Both the position numbers and the translations under genes were made by a program. This document shows positions 10,801 through 23,700 of a stretch of DNA of 64,000 bases, piece by piece. The notes under the pieces were generated by a model. It saw nothing but the letters and a program-made list of their open reading frames with translations, was not told the DNA's origin and searched no databases. Source of the stretch: the human T2T-CHM13v2.0 reference genome, Homo sapiens; the NCBI RefSeq assembly GCF_009914755.1, contig NC_060929.1; one strand, given 5' to 3'. Within the stretch, counting starts at the first letter, position 1. Every line of letters starts with the position of its first letter.

Positions 10801-13800
10801 TGTGATGTGTTCGTTCAAATCACAGAGTTTAACCTTTCTTTTCATAGAGCAGTTAGGAAACACTCTGTTTGTAAATTCTGTAAGTGGATATTCTGACATC
10901 TTGTGGCCTTCTTTGGAAACGGGATTTCTTCATATTCTGCTAGACAGAAGAATTCTCAGAATCTTCCTTGTGTTGTGTGTATTCAACTCACAGAGTTGAA
11001 CGATACTTTACACAGAGCAGACTTGATACACTCGTTTTGTGGAATTTGCAAGTGGAGATTTCAGCCGCTTTGAGGTCCATGGTAGAAAAGGAAATATCTT
11101 CGTATAAAAACTTGACAGAATGATTCTCAGAAACTTCTTTGTGATGTGTGCGTTCAACTCACAGAGTTTAACCTTTCTTTTCATAGAGCAGTTAGGAAAC
11201 ACTCTGTTTGTAAACTCTGCAAGTGGATATTCAGACCTCTTTGAGGCCTTCGTTGGAAACGGGATTTCTTCATACTATGCTAGACAGAAGAATTCTCAAT
11301 AACTTCTTTGTGTTGTGTGTATTCAACTCACAGAGTTGAACGATACTTTACACAGAGCAGACTTGAAACACTCGTTTTGTGGAATTTGCAAGTGGAGATT
11401 TCAGCCGCTTTGAAGTCAATGGTAGTAAAGGAAATATCTTCGTATAAAAACTAGACAGAGTGATTCTCAGAAACTCCTTTGTGATGTGTGTGTTCAACTC
11501 ACAGAGTTTAACCTTTCTTTTCATAGAGCAGTTAGGAAACACTCTGTTTGTAAAGTCTGCAAGTGGATATTCAGACCTCTTTGAGGCCTTCGTTGGAAAC
11601 GGGTTTTTTTCATATAAGGCTAGACAGAAGAATTCCCAGTAACTTCCTTGTGTTGTGTGTGTTCAACTCACAGAGTTGAACTTTGATTTACACAGAGCAG
11701 ATTTGAAACACTCTTTTTGTGGAATTTGCAAGTGGAGATTTCAAGCGCTTTGAGGCCAAAGGCAGAAAAGGAAATATCTTCGTATAAAAACTAGACAGAA
11801 TCATTCTCAGAAACTGCTCTGCGATGTGTGCGTTCAACTCTCAGAGTTTAACTTTTCTTTTCATTCAGCAGTTTGGAAACACTCTGTTTGTAAAGTCTGC
11901 ACGTGGATATTTTGACCAGTTAGAGGCCTTCGTTGGAAACGGGTTTTTTTCCTGTAAGGCTAGACAGAAGAATTCCCAGTAACTTCCTTGTGTTGTGTAC
12001 ATTCAACTCACAGATTTGAACGTTCCCTTAGACAGAGCAGATTTGAAACACTCTTTTTGTGCAATTGGCAAGTGGAGATTTCAAGAGTTTTAAGGTCAAT
12101 GGCCGAAAAGGAAATATCTTCGTTTCAAAACTAGACAGAATCATTCCCACAAACTGCGTTGTGATGTGTTCGTTCAAATCACAGAGTTTAACCTTTCTTT
12201 TCATAGAGCAGTTAGGAAACACTCTGTTTGTAAATTCTGTAAGTGGATATTCTGACATCTTGTGGCCTTCTTTGGAAACGGGATTTCTTCATATTCTGCT
12301 AGACAGAAGAATTCTCAGAATCTTCCTTGTGTTGTGTGTATTCAACTCACAGAGTTGAACGATCCTTTACACAGAGTAGACTTGAAACACTCTTTTTTTG
12401 GAATTTGCAAGTGGAGATTTCAGCCGCTTTGAGGTCCATGGTAGAAAAGGAAATATCTTCGTATAAAAACTAGACAGAATGATTCTCAGAAACTTCTTTG
12501 TGATGTGTGCGTTCAACTCACAGAGTTTAACCTTTCTTTTCATAGAGCAGTTAGGAAACACTCTGTTTGTAAACTCTGCAAGTGGATATTCAGACCTCTT
12601 TGAGGCCTTCGTTGGAAACGGGATTTCTTCATACTATGCTAGACAGAAGAATTCTCAGTAACTTCTTTGTGTTGTGTGTATTCAACTCACAGATTTGAAC
12701 GATACTTTACACAGAGCAGACTTGATACACTCGTTTTGTGGAATTTGCAAGTGGAGATTTCAGCCGCTTTGAGGTCCATGGTAGAAAAGGAAATATCTTC
12801 GTATAAAAACTTGACAGAATGATTCTCAGAAACTTCTTTGTGATGTGTGCGTTCAACTCACAGAGTTTAACCTTTCTTTTCATAGAGCAGTTAGGAAACA
12901 CTCTGTTTGTAAACTCTGCAAGTGGATATTCAGACCTCTTTGAGGCCTTCGTTGGAAACGGGATTTCTTCATACTATGCTAGACAGAAGAATTCTCAGTA
13001 ACTTCTTTGTGTTGTGTGTATTCAACTCACAGAGTTGAACGATACTTTACACAGAGCAGACTTGAAACACTCGTTTTGTGGAATTTGCAAGTGGAGATTT
13101 CAGCCGTTTTGAGGTCAATGGTAGTAAAGGAAATATCTTCGTATAAAAACTAGACAGAGTGATTCTCAGAAACTCCTTTGTGATGTGTGTGTTCAACTCA
13201 CAGAGTTTAACCTTTCTTTTCATAGAGCAGTTAGGAAACACTCTGTTTGTAAAGTCTGCAAGTGGATATTCAGACCTCTTTGAGGCCTTCGTTGGAAACG
13301 GGTTTTTTTCATATAAGGCTAGACAGAAGAATTCCCAGTAACTTCCTTGTGTTGTGTGTGTTCAACTCACAGAGTTGAACTTTCATTTACACAGAGCAGA
13401 TTTGAAACACTCTTTTTGTGGAATTTGCAAATGGAGATTTCAAGCGCTTTGAGGCCAAAGGCAGAAAAGGAAATATCTTCGTATAAAAACTAGACAGAAT
13501 CATTCTCAGAAACTGCTCTGCGATGTGTGCGTTCAACTCTCAGAGTTTAACTTTTCTTTTCATTCAGCAGTTTGGAAACACTCTGTTTGTAAAGTCTGCA
13601 CGTGAATAATTTGACCACTTAGAGGCCTTCGTTGGAAACGGGTTTTTTTCATGTAAGGCTAGACAGAAGAATTCCCAGTAACTTCCTTGTGTTGTGTGTA
13701 TTCAACTCACAGAGTTGACCGATCCTTTACACAGAGCAGACTTGTAACACTCTTTTTGTGGAATTTGCAAGTGGAGATTTCAGCCGCTTTGAAGTCAAAG

Positions 13801-16170
13801 GTAGAAAAGGAAATATCTTCCTATAAAAAGTAGACAGAATGATTCTCAGAAACTCCTTTGTGATGTGTGCGTTCAACTCACAGAGTTTAACCTTTCTTTT
13901 CATAGAGCAGTTAGGAAACACTCTGTTTGTAAAGTCTGCAAGTGGATATTCAGACCTCTTTGAGGCCTTCGTTGGAAACGGGTTTTTTTCATATAAGGCT
14001 AGACAGAAGAATTCCCAGTAACTTCCTTGTGTTGTGTGTGTTCAACTCACAGAGTTGAACTTTCATTTACACAGAGCAGATTTGAAACACTCTTTTTGTG
14101 GAATTTGCAAGTGGAGATTTCAAGCGCTTTGAGGCCAAAGGCAGAAAAGGAAATATCTTCGTATAAAAACTAGACAGAATCATTCTCAGAAACTGCTCTG
14201 CGATGTGTGCGTTCAACTCTCAGAGTTTAACTTTTCTTTTCATTCAGCAGTTTGGAAACACTCTGTTTGTAAAGTCTGCACGTGGATAATTTGACCACTT
14301 AGAGGCCTTCGTTGGAAACGGGTTTTTTTCATGTAAGGCTAGACAGAAGAATTCTCAGTAACTTCCTTGTGTTGTGTGTATTCAACTCAGAGAGTTGAAC
14401 GATCCTTTACACAGAGCAGACTTGTAACACTCTTTTTGTGGAATTTGCAAGGGGAGATTTCAGCCGCTTTGAAGTCAAAGGTAGAAAAGGAAATATCTTC
14501 CTATAAAAACTAGACAGAATGATTCTCAGAAACTCCTTTGTGATGTGTGCGTTCAACTCACAGAGTTTAACCTTTCTTTTCATAGAGCAGTTAGGAAACA
14601 CTCTGTTTGTAAAGTCTGCAAGTGGATATTCAGACCTCTTTGAGGCCTTCGTTGGAAACGGGTTTTTTTCATATAAGGCTAGACAGAAGAATTCCCAGTA
14701 ACTTCCTTGTGTTGTGTGTGTTTAACTCACAGAGTTGAACTTTGATTTACACAGAGCAGATTTGAAACACTCTTTTTGTGGAATTTGCAAGTGGAGATTT
14801 CAAGCGCTTTGAGGCCAAAGGCAGAAAAGGAAATATCTTCGCATAAAAACTAGACAGAATCATTCTCAGAAACTGCTCTGCGATGTGTGCGTTCAACTCT
14901 CAGAGTTTAACTTTTCTTTTCATTCAGCAGTTTGGAAACACTCTGTTTGTAAAGTCTGCACGTGGATATTTTGACCACTTAGAGGCCTTCGTTGGAAATG
15001 GGTTTTTTTCCTGTAAGGCTAGACAGAAGAATTCCCAGTAACTTCCTTGTGTTGTGTACATTCAACTCACAGAGTTGAACATTCCCTTAGACAGAGCAGA
15101 TTTGAAACACTCTTTTTGTGCAATTGGCAAGTGGAGATTTCAAGAGTTTTAAGGTCAATGGCAGAAAAGGAAATATCTTGGTTTCAAAACTAGACAGAAT
15201 CATTCCCACAAACTGCGTTGTGATGTGTTCGTTCAAATCACAGAGTTTAACCTTTCTTTTCATAGAGCAGTTAGGAAACACTCTGTTTGTAAATTCTGTA
15301 AGTGGATATTCTGACATCTTGTGGCCTTCTTTGGAAACGGGATTTCTTCATATTCTGCTAGACAGAAGAATTCTCAGAATCTTCCTTGTGTTGTGTGTAT
15401 TCAACTCACAGAGTTGAACGATCCTTTACACAGAGCAGACTTGAAACACTATTTTTGTGGAATTTGCAAGTGTACATTTCAGCCGCTTTGAGGTCCATGG
15501 TAGAAAAGGAAATATCTTCGTAGAAAAACTAGACAGAATGATTCTCAGAAACTTCTTTGTGATGTGTGCGTTCAACTCACAGAGTTTAACCTTTCTTTTC
15601 ATAGAGCAGTTAGGAAACACTCTGCTTGTAAACTCTGCAAGTGGATATTCAGACCTCTTTGAGGCCTTCGTTGGAAACGGGATTTCTTCATACTATGCTA
15701 GACACAAGAATTCTCAGTAACTTCTTTGTGTTGTGTGTATTCAACTCACAGAGTTGAACGATCCTTTACACAGAGCAGACTTGAAACACTCGTTTTGTGG
15801 AATTTGCAAGTGGAGATTTCAGCCGCTTTGAGGTCCATGGTAGAAAAGGAAATATCTTCGTATAAAAACTTGACAGAATGATTCTCAGAAACTTCTTTGT
15901 GATGTGTGCGTTCAACTCACAGAGTTTAACCTTTCTTTTCATAGAGCAGTTAGGAAACACTCTGTTTGTAAAGTCTGCAAGTGGATATTCAGACCTCTTT
16001 GAGGCCTTCGTTGGAAACGGGATTTCTTCATACAATGCTAGACAGAAGAATTCTCAGTAACTTCTTGGTGTTGTGTGTATTCAACTCACAGAGTTGAACG
16101 ATGCTTTACACAGAGCAGACTTGAATCACTCGTTTTGTGGAATTTGCAAGTGGAGATTTCAGCCGCTTTG
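4840..16170 (+). repeat. Haplotype domain X (copy 1)
   Basis: C dimers carry TTCAAATCAC. D dimers carry GATCC/GACTTG/GTCCATGG/TACTATGC and the following dimer begins AACTTCTTTG. Extra D-like dimers are frequent. Confidence 0.75.
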
Positions 16171-19100
16171 AGGCCAAAGGCAGAAAAGGAAATATCTTCG
16201 TATAAAAACTAGACAGAATCATTCTCAGAAACTGCTCTGCGATGTGTGCGTTCAACTCTCAGAGTTTAACTTTTCTTTTCATTCAGCAGTTTGGAAACAC
16301 TCTGTTTGTAAAGTCTGCACGTGGATATTTTGACCACTTAGAGGCCTTCGTTGGAAACGGGTTTTTTTCCTGTAACGCTAGACAGAAGAATTCCCAGTAA
16401 CTTCCTTGTGTTGTGTACATTCAACTCACAGAGTTGAACGTTCCCTTAGACAGAGCAGATTTGAAACACTCTTTTTGTGCAATTGGCAAGTGGAGATTTC
16501 AAGCGCTTTAAGGTCAATGGCAGAAAAGGAAATATCTTCGTTTCAAAACTAGACAGAATCACTCCCACAAACTGCGTTGTGATGTGTTCGTTCAACTCAC
16601 AGAGTTTAACCTTTCTTTTCATAGAGCAGTTAGGAAACAGTCTGTTTGTAAATTCTGTAAGTGGATATTCTGACATCTTGTGGCCTTCGTTGGAAACGGG
16701 ATTTCTTCATATTCTGCTAGACAGAAGAATTCTCAGAATCTTCCTTGTGTTGTGTGTATTCAACTCACAGAGTTGAACGATCCTTTACACAGAGCAGACT
16801 TGAAACACTCTTTTTGTGGAATTTGCAAGTGGAGATTTCAGCCGCTTTGAGGTCCACGGTAGAAAAGGAAATATCTTCGTATAAAAACTAGACAGAATGA
16901 TTCTAAGAAACTTCTTTGTGATGTGTGCGTTCAACTCACAGAGTTTAACCTTTCTTCTCATAGAGCAGTTAGGAAACACTCTGTTTGTAAACTCTGCAAG
17001 TGGATATTCAGACCTCTTTGAGGCCTTCGTTGGAAACGGGATTTCTCCATACTGTGCGAGACAGAAGAATTCTCAGTAACTTCCTTGTGTTGTGTGGATT
17101 CAACTCACAGAGTTGAACGATCCTTTACAGAGAGCGGACTTGAAACACTCGTTTTGTGGAATTTGCAAGTGGAGATTTCAGCCGCTTTGAGGTCAATGGT
17201 AGAAAAGGAAATATCTTCGTACAAAAACTAGACAGAATGATTCTCAGAAACTCCTTTGTGATGTGTGTGTTCAACTCACAGAGTTTAACCTTTCTTTTCA
17301 TAGAGCAGTTAGGAAACACTCTGTTTGTAAAGTCTGCAAGTGGATATTTTGACCTCTTTGAGGCCTTCGTTGGAAACGGGTTTTTTCATGTAAGGCTAGA
17401 CAGAAGAATTCCCAGTAACTTCCTTGTGTTGTGTGTGTTCAACTCACAGAGTTGAACTTTCATTTACACAGAGCAGATTTGAAACACTCTTTTTGTGGAA
17501 TTTGCAAATGGAGATTTCAAGCGCTTTGAGGCCAAAGGCAGAAAAGGAAATATCTTCGTATAAAAACTAGACAGAATCATTCTCAGAAACTGCTCTGCGA
17601 TGTGTGCGTTCAACTCTCAGAGTTTAACTTTTCTTTTCATTCAGCAGTTTAGAAACACTCTGTTTGTAATGTCTGCACGTGGATAATTTGACCACTTAGA
17701 GGCCTTCGTTGGAAACGGGTTTTTTTCATGTAAGGCTAGACAGAAGAATTCTCAGTAACTTCCTTGTGTTGTGTGTATTCAACTCACAGAGTTGAACGAT
17801 CCTTTACACAGAGCAGACTTGTAACACTCTTTTTGTGGAATTTGCAAGTGGAGATTTCAGCCGCTCTGAAGTCAAAGGTAGAAAAGGAAATATCTTCCTA
17901 TAAAAACTAGACAGAATGATTCTCAGAAACTTCTTTGTGATGTGTGCGTTCAACTCACAGAGTTTAACCTTTCTTTTCATAGAGCAGTTAGGAAACACTC
18001 TGTTTGTAAACTCTGCAAGTGGATATTCAGACCTCTTTGAGGCCTTCGTTGGAAACGGGATTTCTTCATACTGTGCTAGACAGAAGAATTCTCATTAACT
18101 TCCTTGTGTTGTGTGTATTCAACTCACAGAGTTGAACGATCCTTTACACAGAGCGGACTTGAAACACTCTTTTTGTGGAATTTGCAAGTGGAGATTTCAG
18201 CCGCGTTGAGGTCAATGGTAGAAAAGGAAATATCTTCGTATAAAAACTAGACAGAATGATCCTCAGAAACTCCTTTGTGATGTGTGCGTTCAACTCACAG
18301 AGTTTAACCTTTCTTTTCATAGAGCAGTTAGGAAACACTCTGTTTGTAAAGTCTGCAAGTGGATATTCAGACCTCTTTGAGGCCTTCGTTGGAAACGGGT
18401 TTTTTTCATATAAGGCTAGACAGAAGAATTCCCAGTAACTTCCTTGTGTTGTGTGTGTTCAACTCACAGAGTTGAACTTTCATTTACACAGAGCAGATTT
18501 GAAACACTCTTTTTGTGGAATTTGCAAGTGGAGATTTCAAGCGCTTTGAGGCCAAAGGCAGAAAAGGAAATATCTTCGTATAAAAACTAGACAGAATCAT
18601 TCTCAGAAACTGCTCTGCGATGTGTGCGTTCAACTCTCAGAGTTTAACTTTTCTTTTCATTCAGCAGTTTGGAAACACTCTGTTTGTAAAGTCTGCACGT
18701 GGATATTTTGACCACTTAGAGGCCTTCGTTGGAAACGGGTTTTTTTCCTGTAACGCTAGACAGAAGAATTCCCAGTAACTTCCTTGTGTTGTGTACATTC
18801 AACTCACAGAGTTGAACGTTCCCTTAGACAGAGCAGATTTGAAACACTCTTTTTGTGCAATTGGCAAGTGGAGATTTCGAGCGCTTTTAGGTCAATGGCA
18901 GAAAAGGAAATATCTTCGTTTCAAAACTAGACAGAATCATTCCCACAAACTGCGTTGTGATGTGTTCGTTCAACTCACAGAGTTTAACCTTTCTTTTCAT
19001 AGAGCAGTTAGGAAACAGTCTGTTTGTAAATTCTGTAAGTGGATATTCTGACATCTTGTGGCCTTCGTTGGAAACGGGATTTCTTCATATTCTGCTAGAC

Positions 19101-20799
19101 AGAAGAATTCTCAGAATCTTCCTTGTGTTGTGTGTATTCAACTCACAGAGTTGAACAATCCTTTACAGAGAGCAGAATTGAAAAACTCTTTTTGTGGAAT
19201 TTGCAAGTGGAGATTTCAGCCGCTTTGTGGTCCATGGTAGAAAAGGAAATATCTTCGTATAAAAACTAGACAGAATGATTCTCAGAAACTTCTTTGTGAT
19301 GTGTGCGTTCAACTCACAGAGTTTAACCTTTCTTTTCATAGAGCAGTTAGGAAACACTCTGTTTGTAAACTCTGCAAGTGGATATTCAGACCTCTTTGAG
19401 GCCTTCGTTGGAAACGGGATTTCTCCATACTGAGATAGACAGAAGAATTCTCAGTAACTTCCTTGTGTTGTGTGTATTCAACTCACAGAGTTGAACGATC
19501 CTTTACACAGAGCGGACTTGAAACACTCTTTTTGTGGAATTTGCAAGTGGAGATTTCAGCCGCGTTGAGGTCAATGGTAGAAAAGGAAATATCTTCGTAT
19601 AAAAACTAGACAGAATGATCCTCAGAAACTCCTTTGTGATGTGTGCGTTCAACTCACAGAGTTTAACCTTTCTTTTCATAGAGCAGTTAGGAAACACTCT
19701 GTTTGTAAAGTCTGCAAGTGGATATTCAGACCTCTTTGAGGCCTTCGTTGGAAACGGGTTTTTTTCATATAAGGCTAGACAGAAGAATTCCCAGTAACTT
19801 CCTTGTGTTGTGTGTGTTCAACTCACAGAGTTGAACTTTCATTTACACAGAGCAGATTTGAAACACTCTTTTTGTGGAATTTGCAAGTGGAGATTTCAAG
19901 CGCTTTGAGGCCAAAGGCAGAAAAGGAAATATCTTCGTATAAAAACTAGACAGAATCATTCTCAGAAACTGCTCTGCGATGTGTGCGTTCAACTCTCAGA
20001 GTTTAACTTTTCTTTTCATTCAGCAGTTTGGAAACACTCTGTTTGTAAAGTCTGCACGTGCATAATTTGACCACTTCGAGGTCTTCGATGGAAACGGGTT
20101 TTTTTCATGTAAGGCTAGACAGAAGAATTCTCAGTAACTTCCTTGTGTTGTGTGTATTCAACTCACAGAGTTGAACGATCCTTTACACAGAGCAGTCTTG
20201 TAACACTCTTTTTGTGGAATTTGCAAGTGGAGATTTCAGCCGCTTTGAAGTCAAAGGTAGAAAAGGAAATATCTTCCTATAAAAACTAGACAGAATGATT
20301 CTCTGAAACTCCTTTGTGATGTGTGCGTTCAACTCACAGAGTTTAACCTTTCTTTTCATAGAGCAGTTAGGATACACTCTGTTTGTAAAGTCTGCAAGTG
20401 GATATTTTGACCTCTTTGAGGCCTTCGTTGGAAACGGGTTTTTTTCATATAAGGCTAGACAGAAGAATTCCCAGTAACTTCCTTGTGTTGTGTGTGTTCA
20501 ACTCACAGAGTTGAACTTTCATTTACACAGAGCAGATTTGAAACACTCTTTTTGTGGAATTTGCAAGTGGAGATTTCAAGCGCTTTGAGGCCAAAGGCAG
20601 AAAAGGAAATATCTTCGTATAAAAACTAGACAGAATCATTCTCAGAAACTGCTCTGCGATGTGTGCGTTCAACTCTCAGAGTTTAACTTTTCTTTTCATT
20701 CAGCAGTTTGGAAACACTCTGTTTGTAAAGTCTGCACGTGGATATTTTGACCACTTAGAGGCCTTCGTTGGAAACGGGTTTTTTTCCTGTAAGGCTAGA

Positions 20800-23700
20800 C
20801 AGAAGAATTCCCAGTAACTTCCTTGTGTTGTGTACATTTAACTCACAGAGTTGAACGTTCCCTTAGACAGAGCAGATTTGAAACACTCTTTTTGTGCAAT
20901 TGGCAAGTGGAGATTTCAAGCGATTTAAGGTCAATGGCAGAAAAGGAAATATCTTCGTTTCAAAACTAGACAGAATCATTCCCACAAACTGCGTTGTGAT
21001 GTGTTCGTTCAACTCACAGAGTTTAACCTTTCTTTTCATAGAGCATTTAGGAAACAGTCTGTTTGTAAATTCTGTAAGTGGATATTATGACATCTTGTGG
21101 CCTTCGTTGGAAACGGGATTTCTTCATATTCTGCTAGACAGAAGAATTCTCAGAATCTTTATTGTGTTGTGTGTATTCAACTCACAGAGTTGAAAGATGG
21201 TTTACACAGAGCAGATTTGAAACACTCTTTTTGTGGAATTTGCAAGTGGAGATTTCAGCCGCTTTGAGGTCAATGGTAGAAAAGGAAATATCTTCGTATA
21301 AAAACTAGACAGAATGATTCTCAGAAACTTCTTGGTGATGTGTGCGTTCAACTCACAGAGTTTAACCTTTCTTTTCATAGAGCAGTTAGGAAACACTCTG
21401 TTTGTAAACTCTGCAAGTGGATATTCAGACCTCCTTGAGGCCATCGTTGGAAACGGGATTTCTTCATACTGTGCTAGACAGAAGAATTCTCAGTAACTTC
21501 CTTGTGTTGTGTGTATTCAACTCACAGAGTTGAACGATCCTTTACACAGAGCAGACTTGAAACACTCTTTTTGTGGAATTTGGAAGTGGAGATTTCAGCC
21601 GCGTTGAGGTCAATGGTAGAAGAGGAAATATCTTCGTATAAAAACTAGACAGAATGATTCTCAGAAACTCCTTTGTGATGTGTGCGTTCAACTCACAGAG
21701 TTTAACCTTTCTTTTCATAGAGCAGTTAGGAAACACTCTGTTTGTAAAGTCTGCAAGTGGATATTCAGACCTCTTTGAGGCCTTCGTTGGAAACGGGTTT
21801 TTTTCATATAAGGCTAGACAGAAGAATTCCCAGTAACTTCCTTGTGTTGTGTGTGTTCAACCACAGAGTTGAACTTTCATTTACAGAGAGCAGATTTGAA
21901 ACACTCTTTTTGTGGAATTTGCAAGTGGAGATTTCAAGCGCTTTGAGGCCAAAGGCAGAAAAGGAAATATCTTCGTATAAAAACTAGACAGAATCATTCT
22001 CAGAAACTGCTCTGCGATGTGTGCGTTCAAGTCTCAGAGTTTAACTTTTCTTTTCATTCAGCAGTTTGGAAACACTCTGTTTGTAAAGTCTGCACCTGGA
22101 TAATTTGACCACTTAGAGGCCTTCGTTGGAAACGGGTTTTTTTCCTGTAAGGCTAGACAGAAGAATTCCCAGTAACTTCCTTGTGTTGTGTACATTCAAC
22201 TCACAGAGTTGAACGTTCCCTTAGACAGAGCAGATTTGAAACACTCTTTTTGTGCAATTGGCAAGTGGAGATTTCAAGCGCTTTAAGGTCAATGGCAGAA
22301 AAGGAAATATCTTCGTTTCAAAACTAGACAGAATCATTCCCACAAACTGCGTTGTGATGTGTTCGTTGAACTCACAGAGTTTAACCTTTCTTTTCATAGA
22401 GCAGTTAGGAAACAGTCTGTTTGTAAATTCTGTAAGTGGATATTCTGACATCTTGTGGCCTTCGTTGGAAACGGGATTTCTTCATATTCTGCTAGACAGA
22501 AGAATTCTCAGAATCTTTATTGTGTTGTGTGTATTCAACTCACAGAGTTGAAAGATGGTTTACACAGAGCAGATTTGAAACACTCTTTTTGTGGAATTTG
22601 CAAGTGGAGATTTCAGCCGCTTTGAGGTCAATGGTAGAAAAGGAAATATCTTCGTATAAAAACTAGACAGAATGATTCTCAGAAACTTCTTGGTGATGTG
22701 TGCGTTCAACTCATAGAGTTTAACCTTTCTTTTCATAGAGCAGTTAGGAAACACTCTGTTTGTAAACTCTGCAAGTGGATATTCAGACTTCCTTGAGGCC
22801 ATCGTTGGAAAGGGGATTTCTTCATACTGTGCTAGACAGAAGAATTCTCAGTAACTTCCTTGTGTTGTGTGTATTCAACTCACAGAGTTGAACGATCCTT
22901 TACACAGAGCAGACTTGAAACACTCTTTTTGTGGAATTTGCAAGTGGAGATTTCAGCCGCGTTGAGGTCAATGGTAGAAGAGGAAATATCTTCGTATAAA
23001 AACTAGACAGAATGATTCTCAGAAACTCCTTTGTGATGTGTGTGTTCAACTCACAGAGTTTAACCTTTCTTTTCATAGAGCAGTTAGGAAACACTCTGTT
23101 TGTAAAGTCTGCAAGTGGATATTCAGACCTCTTTGAGGCCTTCGTTGGAAACGGGTTTTTTTCATATAAGGCTAGACAGAAGAATTCCCAGTAACTTCCT
23201 TGTGTTGTGTGTGTTCAACTCACAGAGTTGAACTTTGATTTACACAGAGCAGACTTGAAACACTCTTTTTGTGGAATTTGCAAGTGGAGATTTCAAGCGC
23301 TTTGAGGCCAAAGGCAGAAAAGGAAATATCTTCGTATAAAAACTAGACAGAATCATTCTCAGAAACTGCTCCGCGATGTGTGCGTTCAACTCTCAGAGTT
23401 TAACTTTTCTTTTCATTCAGCAGTTTGGAAACACTCTGTTTGTAAAGTCTGCACGTGGATATTTTGACCACTTAGAGGCCTTCGTTGGAAACAGGTTTTT
23501 TTCCTGTAAGGCTAGACAGAAGAATTCCCAGTAACTTCCTTGTGTTGTGTACATTCAACTCACAGAGTTGAACGTTCCCTTAGACAGAGCAGATTTGAAA
23601 CACTCTTTTTCTACAATTGGCAAGTGGAGATTTCAAGCGATTTAAGATCAATGGCAGAAAAGGAAATATCTTCGTTTCAAAACTAGACAGAATCATTCCC

